From an uncultured Actinomycetota bacterium (GTDB taxonomy: Bacteria; Actinomycetota; Actinomycetes; Actinomycetales; Microbacteriaceae): a DNA stretch of 64,000 bases. Both the position numbers and the translations under genes were made by a program. The notes under the pieces were generated by a model. The model was not told the DNA's origin, did not search any database, and saw only the letters and a program-made list of their open reading frames with translations. Location: assembly GCA_963792285.1 (NCBI GenBank), contig CAWBVS010000019.1, positions 2,938-66,937 on the forward strand, read 5' to 3'. The first letter of the stretch is position 1. The number at the start of each line of letters is the position of its first letter. Of the stretch, positions 1 to 12,423 are shown piece by piece.

Positions 1-3000
1 GATTCGCCCATGTCACACCCGTTTCGGACCATGTTCCGGAGACCGGCAGGGCCTGCAGCGTGCGCCCGTTGCGGTAGGAGTCCAGCCAGAGTCGGAGCGT
101 CGCCGACGCGACCACGCATCCGTCGGGGATGGTTCCGATCGGGAACTTCACCAGGGTTCGGGTGTTGCCGCCCGACTTTGAGGTCACCTTGAGGTTCGAG
201 TCGGTTCCCTTGTTCTGCGACGTGGCTCCCGAGCTGATCCAGCTGTCGGCCGATGCGGTGAGCGTCAGAGTGGTCGCGGTGCAGGTCGGGGCAGGCGCCG
301 CGATCGTCCACGTCGTGGTGGCCGGCGTCGGATCGACCGTCGCCGTGGAGTCGATGGCGCGCACCGCGAAGGTGTGCGAGCCGACGCCCAGCGACGAGTA
401 GGTGACCGGCGAGCTGCAGGCGGTGAAGGCCGCCGCATCGAGGGAGCATTCGAACGTCGAAGTCTCGCTCGCCGCGAAGCTGAACGTCGCTGCCGCGTCT
501 GTGGTCGTGCCGGTCGGCCCGGCCGTGATCGTGGTCTCGGGCGGTACGACGGCGACCACGATCCATTCGTAGTCGACCCAATCCGGCTGCTGGTTGCCCG
601 CGGCATCCGTCGCCCGGACGGCGAACACGTGCTCGCCGACCGCGAGGCCCGTGTACGTCACCGGTGAGACGCACGGCGCCTCGGCCCCGTCCAGCCAGCA
701 GGTGTAGGTCGAACCGGCTTCATCCGCGGTGAACTCGAACGTCGCGGTCGTCGCCTCCGTCTGCTCATCCGGCCCCGAACCGATGACGGTCTCGGGTGGT
801 CCGTCGACGGTCCAGGTGTACCCGACAGCGAGACCGACGTTGCCGGCCGCATCGACGGCCCGCACCGCGATGGTGTGCTCACCCTCGGCCAGCCCCTCGA
901 CGGTGTGCGGTGCCGTGCAGGTCGCGAACGACCCCGCGTCGAGCGAGCACTGGAACGTCGCTCCCACCTCGTTCGCCGTGAAGGCGAAGGTCGCCGCCGT
1001 CGCGAGGGTGACCGCGGCCGGTCCCGATGTGATGGTGGCGGCGGGAGGTGTGGTGTCGGCGGGTGCCTCGACGACCCATGCGTACTCGGCAGGCGTCTCA
1101 TCCGCGAACCCCGCGGGGCTGGTCGCCACAACGGAGAGCGTGTGGGCGCCCCCGCCGAGGTCGAAGAACTCCGCAGGTGAGGCGCAGGGCAGGAATGCCC
1201 CGCCGTCGAGGCTGCAGGTGAACGTGGAGCCCGGGACATCTGCCGAGAAGGTGAAGGTCGCCGTGGTGTCGCCCGTCACAGCGGCAGGTCCGGAGTCGAG
1301 TGTCGTCTCGGGCGGGCCGAGCAGCGTCCACGTGACGCTCACCGGGTCACCTACGTTGCCGGCCGGATCGACGGCTCGCACGAGCAGCTCGTGCGCGCCG
1401 ACGACGTTCGCTGCAGCGTCGTGCGGCGAGGCACACGACTCGAAGTCTGCGCCGTCGAGCGAGCATTCGAACGTCGCGAACGGGTCGTTCGAGGTGAACC
1501 GTGCACTGACCTCGGTCAGCGTCGTCTCGGCGGGCGGTGCCGAAGTGATCGACACGCTCGGTGGCACGGTGTCGCCGTCGTAGGCGAACGCGAGCGTCGC
1601 CGGTGTCGGGTCGATGTTGTCCTCCACGTCGATGGCCCTCACCGAGAAGACGTGCGTTCCGGCGGCGAGCGGTTCCGGCGCTTCGGGGTTCGGCACCATC
1701 CAGGGGCTTGCACAGGCGGCGAACGATGCCTCGTACTCGGCGTCGAGCGGATCAACCAGTGAGCACTCGAAGGCGAGACCCTGCGGCGAGGTCACGTTGT
1801 CGGTGCCGCCGAACGCGAACACGGCCGCGCCGGTCGCGGGATCGGTCGGGTCACCCGTGGTGCTGATCGCCGTCTGCGGCGGCGTGAGGTCCAGCCCCGC
1901 GAGGATCGTCCAGCCGTACTCCGTCGCCTCGAGCTGCTCGGCCCCGTCGGGGTCGATCGCGTAGACGCGGAAGACGTGGTCGCCCACGGCGAGACCGGTG
2001 TAGGTCATCGGCGAGGTGCATTCGTCGAACGGCCCGAGGTCGAGCGAGCACCGGAAGGTGGCATCGGCGAGGTTCGCCTCGAACTCGAAGGTGGCCGAGG
2101 TCTCCTCCGTCTCTCCGCCTTCAGCGGGCTCGCCGGGGTCGCCGGCGAGGAAGGCCGGCCCGGCGGTGACGACCGTGAGCACCCCGGTGATCTCCCACGT
2201 CCACGCGGCCGGCGTGGGATCGGTGATGCCCTCGGGATCGGTGGCGCGCACCTCGAAGGTGTGCGCACCGTAGGCCGTCTCGGCGAACTCGTACTCCACC
2301 GCGAACGCGCACGGCACCCAGGCCGCACCGTCGATGCGGCACTCGTAGGTGACGTCGGGCTCGTTCGAGCTGAACGTGAAGATCGCCTCGAACAGCGGGG
2401 TCTCGGCAGCGGGCTTGATGCCGATGAAGCGTCTCGGGCGCTACTCCGGCCGGGAGCGGCTCGTACACCCAGGTGAAGGTCGCCGGCGTGGCGTCCACGG
2501 CCCCGAGCTCGTCGACGGCCCGCACCTCGAACGTGTGGCTGCCCGCGGCGAGCCCGAAGTACTCCCAGGGGTTCTCGCACTCGACCCAGGCGGTGTCGCT
2601 GATGCTGTCGAGCCGGCACTCGAATCCGAGCGCGGAAGCGACAGTCGTGTCGTCGAAGCCCGTGAAGGTGAACAGCGCGTTCGCGCTGGCGCTCGTGGCC
2701 TGCGGGTGAAGGACGATCGTGGTGTCGGGAGCGCCAGGCGCCTCGGTGATCGCGCAGACCACGTTGAAGCACTGCGCGGGCTCGGCGTTGCCGGAGGCGG
2801 TGTTGCCGCCGCCGTCCATGCCGCCGCTGCCCGCGTACACGCCCCACCCGTCGTTCAGGCTCGCGCTGTTGCCGCGGATGACGTGCCCGGCGTCGGGCAC
2901 GGAGACGCCGTCGCCGGAGTTGAAGTTCGTCACGTTGCCGTCGACGACGACCCCGCCGCCGTCGGTGGCGACTCCGGAGACCTCGAGTCCGTCGCCCGAG

Positions 3001-6000
3001 TTGCCGGATGAAGCGTTGCCGCGCACGACCGTACGCAGAGATGTGGCGTCGACCGAGATACCGGTGCCGTTCTGTGCCCCCGCGTTGTTCTGCTCGAGGA
3101 GCGTGTCGACGCCCTCGAACACATCGATGCCGGCGGCGTTGTACCGCACGTCGTTCCCGCGCGCGATGGTTCGAGCCGAGGCCTCGATCACGAGCCCGCC
3201 GCCGCCCACGCCGCTCACGATGTTGGCCGTGAGCTGCGTGTCGTCTGACTCACTGATCGAGATTCCGGTCGCGCCCGCGCTGATCGTGTTCGACCAGAGG
3301 TGGTTGCCGTGCGAGGCGAGCTCGACGACGATGCCGCCACCACCCGAGGTGGAGATCGCGTTGTCCTCGATCGTGTTGCCGACAGCCTGCTCGAGGCCGA
3401 TGCCGCCTTGCGAAGACTCCGCGATCGTGTTGCCGGTCACTGTGTTGCCGGAGACCCCCCACAGGCGCACGCCGTCGCCGGCGCTGCCGGTGAGGACGTT
3501 GTCGGCGATGGTGACGCCGGTCGTGCCTTCGGCCAGGACGAGGCCGACCGCGTTCTCCGACAGCTGAGAGGTCCGCACGACGTTACCCGGGTCGCCCCCG
3601 AGGACGCCGACGCCGGCGTCCTGGTTCACGGATGCCGAGACCGACGAGACGACGTTGCCGCCGGTGCCCGCCTGCAGCAGGATGCCGAAATCGAAGTCCG
3701 TCAGGATGCCGTTCGTGACGGCCACCGCGTCGAACCCAGGGTTGCGCACACCGGCACCGAGGCCGGTGCCGCTGACCGTGCGACCGCCGAGATCGATCGT
3801 GATCCCGGACGCGCCGACGACCAGTCCGTCGCCCAGGCAGTCGAGCAGGTCGGCGGTGAGCAGGATCGAGGTCGTCACGGTCATCCCGCACGTCGCCGCC
3901 GTCGGCGACGGAGCCGCGCTGATGGTCCATGACCACACGGCCGGGTCGGCTTCCACGTTCGCCTCGGGATCGGTCCCTCGGACGGCGAAGGTGTGCGCAC
4001 CGGTCGGCAGCCCGGTGAAGGTCGCCGGAGACGCGCACAGCGCGAAGGCAGCCCCGTCGAGCGAGCACTCGTGCGTCGTGCCCTCCTCATCCGACTCGAA
4101 CGCGAGCGACGCCGACGTCTGCGCGGTGATCGCGTCGGGTCCGGAGACGATCGTGGTGTCCGGCGCCTGGAGCGGGTCGGGTGGCACGATCGTCCACGTG
4201 TGCGCGGCCGGGGTGGCATCGACGTTCCCGATCCAGTCGACCGCACGCACCAGGAAGCTGTGCGCACCGACGGCCAGTCCGGTCGCGGTGAGCGGGCTCT
4301 CGCAGGCGGTGAAGTCCGCGGCATCCAGGGAGCACTCGAACGTGACGCCGGTGGCGTTGTCGCTGCCCGAGAAGCGCAGGGTCGCGCGGGTGAGGGCGGT
4401 CGTGGTGGTCGGCCCGCTCACGATCGTGGTCTCAGGTGCCACCAGATCGCCGCTCGGCGCCGCATCGCCGTCACACCGGATGTTGTGGCACTGGACGACC
4501 TGCTGGGTGAACGGATCGATGCCGCCGCCGACATTGCCGCTGGCGCGGTTGCCGCCGCCGTCGACGTTGGCGCCCGCGACGGAGCCGAGCGCGGAGTACA
4601 CGCCCCAGCCGCCGTTGTCGTTCGCCACGTTGCCGCGGACCATGTGACTGACGTCGCCGACGTAGATGCCGTCACCCGCGTTGCCGTTGGCGGTGTTCTC
4701 CTCGATGACCGTGCCGAGGCCCGCGGGAGCGTGGGTGCCGATCGCGATGCCGACACCTTCGTTGGAGTTCGCGGTGTTGCCGACCAGGACGTTGGACGCG
4801 GAATCCGCGCCGATCTCGATGCCCGCGCCGTCATTGTTCGACGCGTTGTTCGCCTCGATGCGGTTGCCGCTGGATCCGCCCAGGGCGAGGCCGCCCGTGT
4901 TGTAGCGCAGGTCGTTGCCGCGCACGAGCGTGCCGGTGGCCAGCTCCAGCTCGATGCCGTTGTCGCCCATCCCGTTCGCACGGTTGTCGAGCAGCTGGTT
5001 GCCGGAGGACTCCGCCACGATGATGCCCGCTTCGCCTGCCTGGATGTCGTTGCGCTGAACGATGTTCGCGTCGGAGGCGAGCTCGAGCACCATCGATGCG
5101 TCAGCGGCGCCGGACAGCTCGTTGTCGAGGATGCTGTTGCCGCTGGATGCCATCAGGTGCACGCCCGCGTCGGCGCTGCCTGAGACGACGTTGTCGCGCA
5201 GCGTCGACCCGGACGCTCCGTCGAGCAGGATGCCCTGGCCGGAGTTGCCGCTGATGACGTTGTCATGGATGAGTGCCGCGTGTGTCCCCGGGCTGACGTG
5301 CACGCCCACGCCGTTGCCGGTGACACTGCTGTGGCGCACGGTGGCGCCGGTGGTGCCGTCGTCGGCATCGGCGAGGAGCACACCGGCGTCGGCGTTGAGC
5401 TGGAGCGACACCTCGTGGGCGATGGCGCGCACAGCGCCGGTGCCGAAGTGGACACCGAAGTCGAACTCCTGCACGTTTCCGTCGGTGACGGTCACGTCGC
5501 GGTATCCGGAGACCAGGATGCCGGACCCGAGCCCGGTTCCGTCGACGGTGTGCCCGTCGAGATCGATCGTGATCCCGTGTGCGCCGGCGACGATCCCGTC
5601 AGCGAGGCAGTCGGTGAGGTCCGCGGTGAGGCGGACGCTCTGGGTGACGACCGCGCCGCAGGACAGTGCGCCGGGCACCGGCGGCGGGCCCACCTCCCAC
5701 GTCCAGGTGGCGGGGGTGTCGTCGTCGTTGCCCGCGGGATCGACCGCGTGGATGGCGACAGAGTGCACCCCTTCGCCGACCTCGACGGTCCACGGCGACG
5801 TGCAGGGCACGCCGTCATCGTCGTCGTCGAGCGCGCACACGAACGTCGCCGTCGGATCGTCGGAGGTGAAGACGAGGATCGAAGCGGTCGCCACGGTGAC
5901 AGCATCCGGACCGGAGAGGATCTCGGTCTGCGGAGCAACATGGTCCTCGGGCGGGGCGACGATCGACCACGCGTACGCGGCGGGCGAGGCGTCCGCGTTT

Positions 6001-9000
6001 CCGGCGAGGTCCGTCGTGCGCACCTCGAACACGTGGTCCTCGAGCGTCAAGTCGGGGTATGTGACCGGCGACGTGCACGCTGCCCAGGCGGCGCCGTCCA
6101 GGCGGCACTCATACGTGAGGTACGGGCCGGGGGTGGCGTTGTCGCTGCCCCGGAAGCTGAACGTCGCGGTGGTCTCGTCGCTCGGGTTGTCCGGACCCTC
6201 GTCGATCGTCGTCGACGGGGCGACCTCATCGGCACCGACCGGCGCGGGCACGACGATCCACGTGTGCACGGCAGGCGTCAGGTCGACGTTGTCGGACGGG
6301 TCGACCGCGCGCACCTCGAAGGTGTGCTCGCCGGCAAGCAGGTACGAGTAGATCGTGGGGCTGCCGCACTCGCTCCAGTTGTCGGCTGCGGGCGGCTCCA
6401 CCGGCTCCGGCGGGTCGCCGGGGTCGGGCGGGTCGGGCGGCTCGGGCTCAGGGTCGGGCGGTGCGTCCAGACGGCACTGGAAGCGCAGTGCGGTCAACGG
6501 AGCCTGGTCGTCGCTGCCGCTGAACTCGAAGCGCTGCGGAGACAGGGAGCTGCTCCCGTTCACCGGGTGAACGGTGATGGCGGTATCGGGCGCGACCAGG
6601 TCAGGCGCGACGGGCGCGGGCGCGGTGCCCGGCGCGCAGACGACGCCGACGCACTGAGCGGGCTCTGCATTGCCGCTCGCGAGGTTGCCACCGCCGTCGT
6701 CCGTGCCGAGGTCGGCGCTGATGCCCCAGCCGCCGTTGTTGTAGGCCTCGTTGCCGCGGACCGTGTGACCGGCCCCGTTGACCGAAATGCCGTCGCCGAG
6801 GTTGCCGGATGCCTGGTTGTCCTCGATCACGTTGCCGTCGATCGGGTCACCCGCGGCATCCAGCACCTCGCCCTCGACGCTGATGCCGCCCGCGCCGGTG
6901 TGCTCGACGCGGTTGGCGCGCACGATCGTCAGCGAGGTCGCCTCGAGCACGATGCCGTCGGCGCCGGTCTGTCGCGCGTCGTTGTCCTCGACGAGCAGGT
7001 TGCGCGAGCCGGTGATCTCGATGCCGCCCGGGTTGAAGCGCACGTCGTTGCCGCTGATCTCGCCGCCATCGATGTCGGAAACCGCGATCCCTGCGCCGCC
7101 CGCGAGGTGGAACACGTTTCCGGTGACGGTGAGGTTGCGGGAGCCGTCCGCGCTGAGCGCGGCATCCGATGCGCGGGTGGTGGTGTTCTGCTCGACGACC
7201 GTACGGTGCGATCCGGCGGTGACCACGATTGCCGCATCGCCGGTGTCTGCGATGAAGTTGCCGCTGATGACGGTGTCTGTCGAACCTTCCAGATAGAAGC
7301 CGCCGTCGCTGTCGAGCAGGGGATCGTGGGTGAGCCCGGAGACGGAGTTGTCGCGCAGGACATTGAAGGCCGCATCGAAGGCATAGACGGCGCGGCCGGC
7401 ATTGCCCGAGAACTCGTTGTGCTCGATCACGTTGCCTTCCGCGCCGAAGACGAGCGTGACGCCGTCGCCGTTGAGTGAGAAGACGTTGTCGCGCACGACG
7501 CTGCCGACGCGTCCGTTGTCGGCGTCGAAGAGCTCGACACCGGCGTTGATGTTGCCCCGCAGTGTCATGTCATGGACGACGTTGAACGCGGCCCCGGCCA
7601 TCAGACGCACGCCGTACCCGAAGTTCTCCACACGCCCGCCGCGGATCACGACGTTCGTATGACCCGCATTGCGGATGCCGGCGCCCAGGCTGTCCTCTTC
7701 GCCCGGCTCGATGACGAGCGAACTGCGGATCGTGTGCCCGTTCAGGTCGAGCACGATGTCGTCGGCGCCGATGACGAGGCCTTCGCCGGGGCACGAGAGG
7801 TCATTGCCGACGAGCGTGCTGACGGTGAGGACCTGACCGCACGCCACCTCGGTGACCACGGTCGGCTCCGACGGTGCGGGAGGTGCGGGGGTGTTGCTCG
7901 CGGCGAATCGCAGCACGAGCTGCGGCGGGGTGGGCGGATCGGAGACCGCCTCGCTCGAGAGGAACGACGCCTCGGACCCCGCGGGGTCCTCCTCCGCGGC
8001 ATCCCGGATAAGCCAGCCGTGGTCGTCGATGTCGCCGGCGAGCGCGGCCGCAACGTGCGCGGTGACATCCCACTCGTGGTAGCCGGATCCCGACTCGGTG
8101 GTCGCGCCGCCCGCTGCGGCTGCGGGCTGACTCTGCCAGGTGACGAGACTCTCCCACCAGAGCGCCGCGATCGGTGCGGCTTCGAGAGTCCGGCCCGGGT
8201 CTGCTTCACCGTGCAGCCGCAGTCGTGCGCTCTCCAGGGCGCAGTCGGGACCGTCGTCAGGGAGATCGAAGCGGATGAGGGCGCGGGCGTTCTGGCCAGG
8301 TGCCTGCGACCGCACGAGGAGGAATTCGCTGAAGCTCGCATTCTCGAGGGGAAGCGCCTCGTCGACCGTGGCGTCCTCCGCGGCGAGCAGCGTGATGTTC
8401 GCGTCCTCACAGGTCTGCGCAGCGCCGACCGTCCACGTCCACGTTGCGGGAGACGGGTCGATGTTGTCGGAGCCGTCCGCGGCCCGCACCTGGAATGTGT
8501 GGGTGCCAAGCGTCAGATTCGAGTACACGGCGGGATTGGTGCACTCCAGCCACGCCTCGGGGTCGAAGCTGTCGAGACGGCACTCGAATTCCAGGAACTG
8601 CTGCGGGGTCGCGTCATCGGTCGCCGAGAACGTGAAGACCGCGTGCGCGGCACCGGTCGTCTCCTCGGGGTGCGTCAGCAGTGTCGTCTGCGGGGGCGTG
8701 AGGTCGAGCAGCGACTCGAACGAGTGAGTAGCCGGCGTGGGGTCGATGTTGCCGGCGCGGTCGATCGCGCGGACCTCGAATGTGAAGTGCCCCTCCTCGA
8801 CGATCGGGACCTGCCACGGATTCGGGCAGCCGACGAAGGCAAGTGCCGGATCGATGGGCGCCGTCGGGTCGACGGGCTCGGGCGGCTCTGTCGGGTCGTG
8901 CTCGATCAGGCGGCACTCGAAACGGAGGTCCTCGGCATCGGTCGTGTCGTCGATGCCGGTGAACCGGAAGACCGAGGTCGCCTCGGTGTCCTGAGTCGGG

Positions 9001-11105
9001 CCGGACAGGTAGGCGGTGTCCGGTGGCGCTGCATCCGCGGGCGCGACCGGGCCCTCGTGCTCGAACGCGCCGCTGTCGCATCCGATGTTCTGTGGTCGGT
9101 CCACGCCGCGCTGGTCGGTTTCCGGACACGGCGATACGCCGGCGTCGATCGCGTGGCTCTCGGGCTGCAGCGCCATGGTCATCGTGTGACCCCCGTTGTC
9201 GGCGACCGCGTCGAGACCGACGACCCGCGCGTTCGCGCGGTCGTGTTCGCCACGGAAATAGCAGGAGTCGCCGTCATCGATGTTGCCGCCCTCAGAGCCC
9301 ATCGCGAACGAGCAGCTCGGTCCGAGGACGTTGGCGGCGACGATCGTGTTGCGCAGGATCACGCCCGTCGACGGCTGGATCGGCAGGTTGGGCGAGCCGA
9401 TCTCACCGCCGATTCCGGACGCGATCGGTGCGCTGTTGTGGGCGATCGTGGCGCTCGTGATGTGCACCGGTGCGTCGGCGTCGATGTACACGCCGCCACC
9501 TCGGATCGCCGCGACGTTGCCGGCGACCGTGACGTTCTCGTACAGGGCGGCCGCGTCGCCGAGGCTGTAGATGCCGCCGCCCAGGCCGGAGTCGTCTTCG
9601 AAGCGCTGCAGCGCCCGGTTGTTCCAGATCGTGGTGCCCTGGATGTGCAGCGCGCCGTCGGCCACGTTTGCGAAGCCGCCGCCGTTCTCGGCCGTGTTGT
9701 CGGCGATCGTCGTGTCGATGATCGTGAACGCCCCACTGCCCTGGCTCTCGATGCCGCCGCCGTCCAGCTCGGCCTCGTTGCCGGTGATCGTGAGACGGGT
9801 GAGCGTGACGTCCATCGCCGCATTCTCGAGTCCCGCACCCGAGCCGGCGGTGTTACCCGTCACGACCGTGTCGGTGATGTCGATGGTGGCGTTGTTGGTG
9901 AGCAGGATGCCGCCGCCTTCGCCGCTGGCGGAGTTGGCCTCGAACGTCGCGTCCGTGACCTCGACCGGACCGGAGCCGCCCAGGTCGGCGCCGCCGCCCC
10001 CGCCCTCGGGGATCTCGCCCTCGACCGGGATGCCGGCCCGGTTCTCGCGGAACAGCGTGCCGATGATCTCGGCCCGCCCTTCGAGCGATGTCGACAGGCC
10101 CGCCCCGTCACCGGGGGTGGCGTTGCCGCGCACCTCGCCGCCCTCCAGAGTGAATGAGCCTTTGCCGCCGACGTCGATGCCGCCGCCGTGGCTCTCGGCG
10201 AGGTTCTCCGCGATCACGGAGTCGACGATGCGCACATTCCCCTCGTGACCTGCGGCGACGCCACCGCCCGCGGAGTGGGCCTCATTGCCCGCGATGGTCG
10301 ACCGCTGGACCGTCAGCGACGCCGGCGAAGACCCGGTCACCCCGGCCGCATGCACGCCACCGCCGCCGCGTGCGGTATTCCCCGACACCGTCGAGTCGGT
10401 GATGATCAGGGTTCCGGTCTCCTGGTGGATCCCGCCGCCCTCGGCCTCGCTCAGACTGTCGGAGACGATCACCTCGGTCAGCCGCACGGTGCCCGGCGTG
10501 AACGTCGCGAGAGCGCCGCCGCTGTCGGCGCTCCAGCCCTCGGTCAGGGTGAGCGCCCGCACCGTCGTGTTGCCCGCGGTGGGGTGGATCTCCACGAGCC
10601 GGTCCATTCCGGTCTGCTCCGGCGGTGCGTCATCGGGCAGAGGCCCACCCTGAATGATCGTCTGCGCGGCTCCGGCCCCCGCAAGGGTCACCGGGGCGAG
10701 GATGTCGAGGTCGCCTGCTTCGGGACCGTCTGCGGCGGGCGCGATCGCGAGCCGGTACGTTCCGGCGGGGATCTGGACTACATCCGCCCCGGGGGTGGCG
10801 TTCGCCTCCTGGATCGCGGCGCGCAGCGTGCACTCGTCAGTCGCTGTCGCGCACAGCCCGTCGCCGATGACGGCGTCCACGGCATCGGATGTCGAGTCGA
10901 CGTGGAAGGTCTCGACGGCGTAGACCCGCGCCGGCGATGACACGAGCACGCCCGCCGTGACCGCGATGCTCGCCAGGAGTGCCACCGCGGCTCGCACGCT
11001 GACGCCGCGTGGGCGCACGCCGATCAGTGCGCCGTCGATCCCGACAGATGTGCGCTCGCCGCGAGTGGTTGCTCGCCCCCGGCCGCGCGATACACGCATG
11101 GACAT
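1..11105 (-). CDS. Giant secreted multidomain surface protein (CSLREA, choice-of-anchor Q-like, parallel beta-helices, about 16 Ig-like repeats, two DNRLRE-like domains); 3' end outside the window; one frameshift near 2429
   Basis: ATG 11105 with GGGGGG RBS; signal-peptide-like N-terminus (RAAVALLASIAVTAGVLVSSPARVYA); CTLRAAIQEANA; DNGGHTMTMALQPESHAIDAG..DQRG..RPQ...CDSGAFE; repeats PxT.I..GP...FxCxLD....CxSP...G.HTF.VRA.D. The 2994-aa ORF loses sense after GVAPET, and the adjacent frame (FIGIKPAAETPLFEAIFTFSSNE...) stays open to base 1 (...SETGVTWAN). Confidence 0.85.
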
Positions 11106-11178
11106 GGTCGTCCCCCCGTGCAGGCCGCGCCCCCCGGCGCATTCCCAGTGCCTGCGCGATCACTGTCCCGCTCCAGCG

Positions 11179-11205
11179 TTAAGCCGGACATAAGGATCAG
11201 ATGAG
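11179..11205 (-). promoter_or_regulatory. Putative OmpR-family binding site, three pentamers at 11-bp period
   Basis: Minus strand reads CTCAT-N6-CTTAT-N6-CTTAA, 74-100 bp upstream of the giant gene and next to an OmpR-family gene. Confidence 0.45.
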
Positions 11206-11239
11206 GGGACCTTTACAAACGGACGGATGCCGCGGTTCG

Positions 11240-11917
11240 TCACGCCGGGATGGGGAGCGTGTGACCGGACAATCGGTACCCGGATCCGCGCACCGTCTCG
11301 ATGTGGCCATCACCGAGCTTCTTGCGCAATGAGCTCACGTACACGTTGACGAGGTTGGTGGTCGGATCGAAGTCGTAGCCCCAGACATGATTGAGCAGCT
11401 GCTCACGACTGAGAACGTGGTCCGGGTGCCGCATGAGCGTCTCCAGGAGCGCGAACTCGCGAGCGGTCAGGTCCACGACGCGACCGCGCACGCTCGCGCG
11501 GTGGGTGTGGATGTCGAGTTCGACATCGCCCACCCGCAGCTTTATCGGGCTGGCCGAGCTCGACGAGCGCAATCGTGCGTGGATGCGGGCGAGGAGTTCG
11601 GCGAAGCCGAACGGCTTGGGCATGTAGTCATCCGCGCCGGCCTCCAGCGCCGTGACGACATCGCGATCGGGTCGTCCGGTCAGCACGACGACCGGCATGG
11701 TCAGGCCCAGACCCCGCAGGCGGCGGAGCACGCCCAGGCCGTCCAGCACAGGCAGACCCAGATCAAGGACCAGAAGGTCGAAATCGCCCGTGCGGCAGAG
11801 TTCCACCGCGGACTCTCCGTCGCCGACCGCCTCGACCCCGTAGCCGCTTTCGCGCAGGCCCTTGCAGACGAACGACGAGACGAGTCGGTCGTCTTCAGCC
11901 ACAAGTATCCGCGTCAT
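11240..11917 (-). CDS. OmpR/PhoB-family response regulator
   Basis: Receiver (ILVAEDD, LVLDLGLP, GADDYMPKPF) plus winged helix (LTAREFALL, VNVYVSSLRKKL, IETVRGSGY). Confidence 0.95.
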   Translation of the reverse strand: MTRILVAEDDRLVSSFVCKGLRESGYGVEAVGDGESAVELCRTGDFDLLVLDLGLPVLDGLGVLRRLRGLGLTMPVVVLTGRPDRDVVTALEAGADDYMPKPFGFAELLARIHARLRSSSSASPIKLRVGDVELDIHTHRASVRGRVVDLTAREFALLETLMRHPDHVLSREQLLNHVWGYDFDPTTNLVNVYVSSLRKKLGDGHIETVRGSGYRLSGHTLPIPA

Positions 11918-12057
11918 CGCTGACCCCAGTCACACGCGCAACGATGGATGTGAACGGCGGGCGTGCCCCTTCCACGCCGCCCTTCGAGTGAGGACAATTG
12001 TGCCACCGTCGGCGCTCGAATACAGGAGGGCGGCGCGACGGGCCAGGAGGGTGGCTC

Positions 12058-12423
12058 GTGCTCACGACATCGGTGCTGATCGTCGAGGACGACGATCTGA
12101 TCTCGTCCTTCATCTGTCGCGCCCTGATCAAGCTGGGTCACTCGGTGGCATCGGCATCCACCGGGGAGGACGCTCTGGAGCGCCTCACGACGGGCAGCAT
12201 CGACCTGGTGCTGCTCGACCTCACGCTGCCCGACATCGACGGGCTGGAAGTGCTGCGACGTCTCCGTGCCACCGGCAGCGCCGTGCCCGTGGTTGTGCTG
12301 ACCTCGCGCAGCGACCCGAAGGATCGAGCGGCAGCGGTGAGCCTTGGAGCGAACCGCTATCTCGTCAAGCCGTTCCCGCTGGCGGACCTCGTCGAGGTGG
12401 TCGCGGCCATCCGCTCCTCCTGA
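12058..12423 (+). CDS. Stand-alone (CheY-like) receiver-domain protein
   Basis: AGGAGG RBS then GTG 12058; VLIVEDD, LLDLTLPDIDG, YLVKPF; no output domain. Confidence 0.85.
   Translation: MLTTSVLIVEDDDLISSFICRALIKLGHSVASASTGEDALERLTTGSIDLVLLDLTLPDIDGLEVLRRLRATGSAVPVVVLTSRSDPKDRAAAVSLGANRYLVKPFPLADLVEVVAAIRSS

Noticed and set aside
2425-2435. Programmed frameshift or phase variation in the giant gene
   Set aside because: No homopolymer, slippery heptamer or tandem repeat at the site, and similar indels occur throughout the window.
6390-6465. GGGTCGGGC-type DNA repeats in the giant gene
   Set aside because: They encode a Pro/Asp/Glu low-complexity loop (PPDPEPEPPDPPDPGDPPEP) and are explained at protein level.
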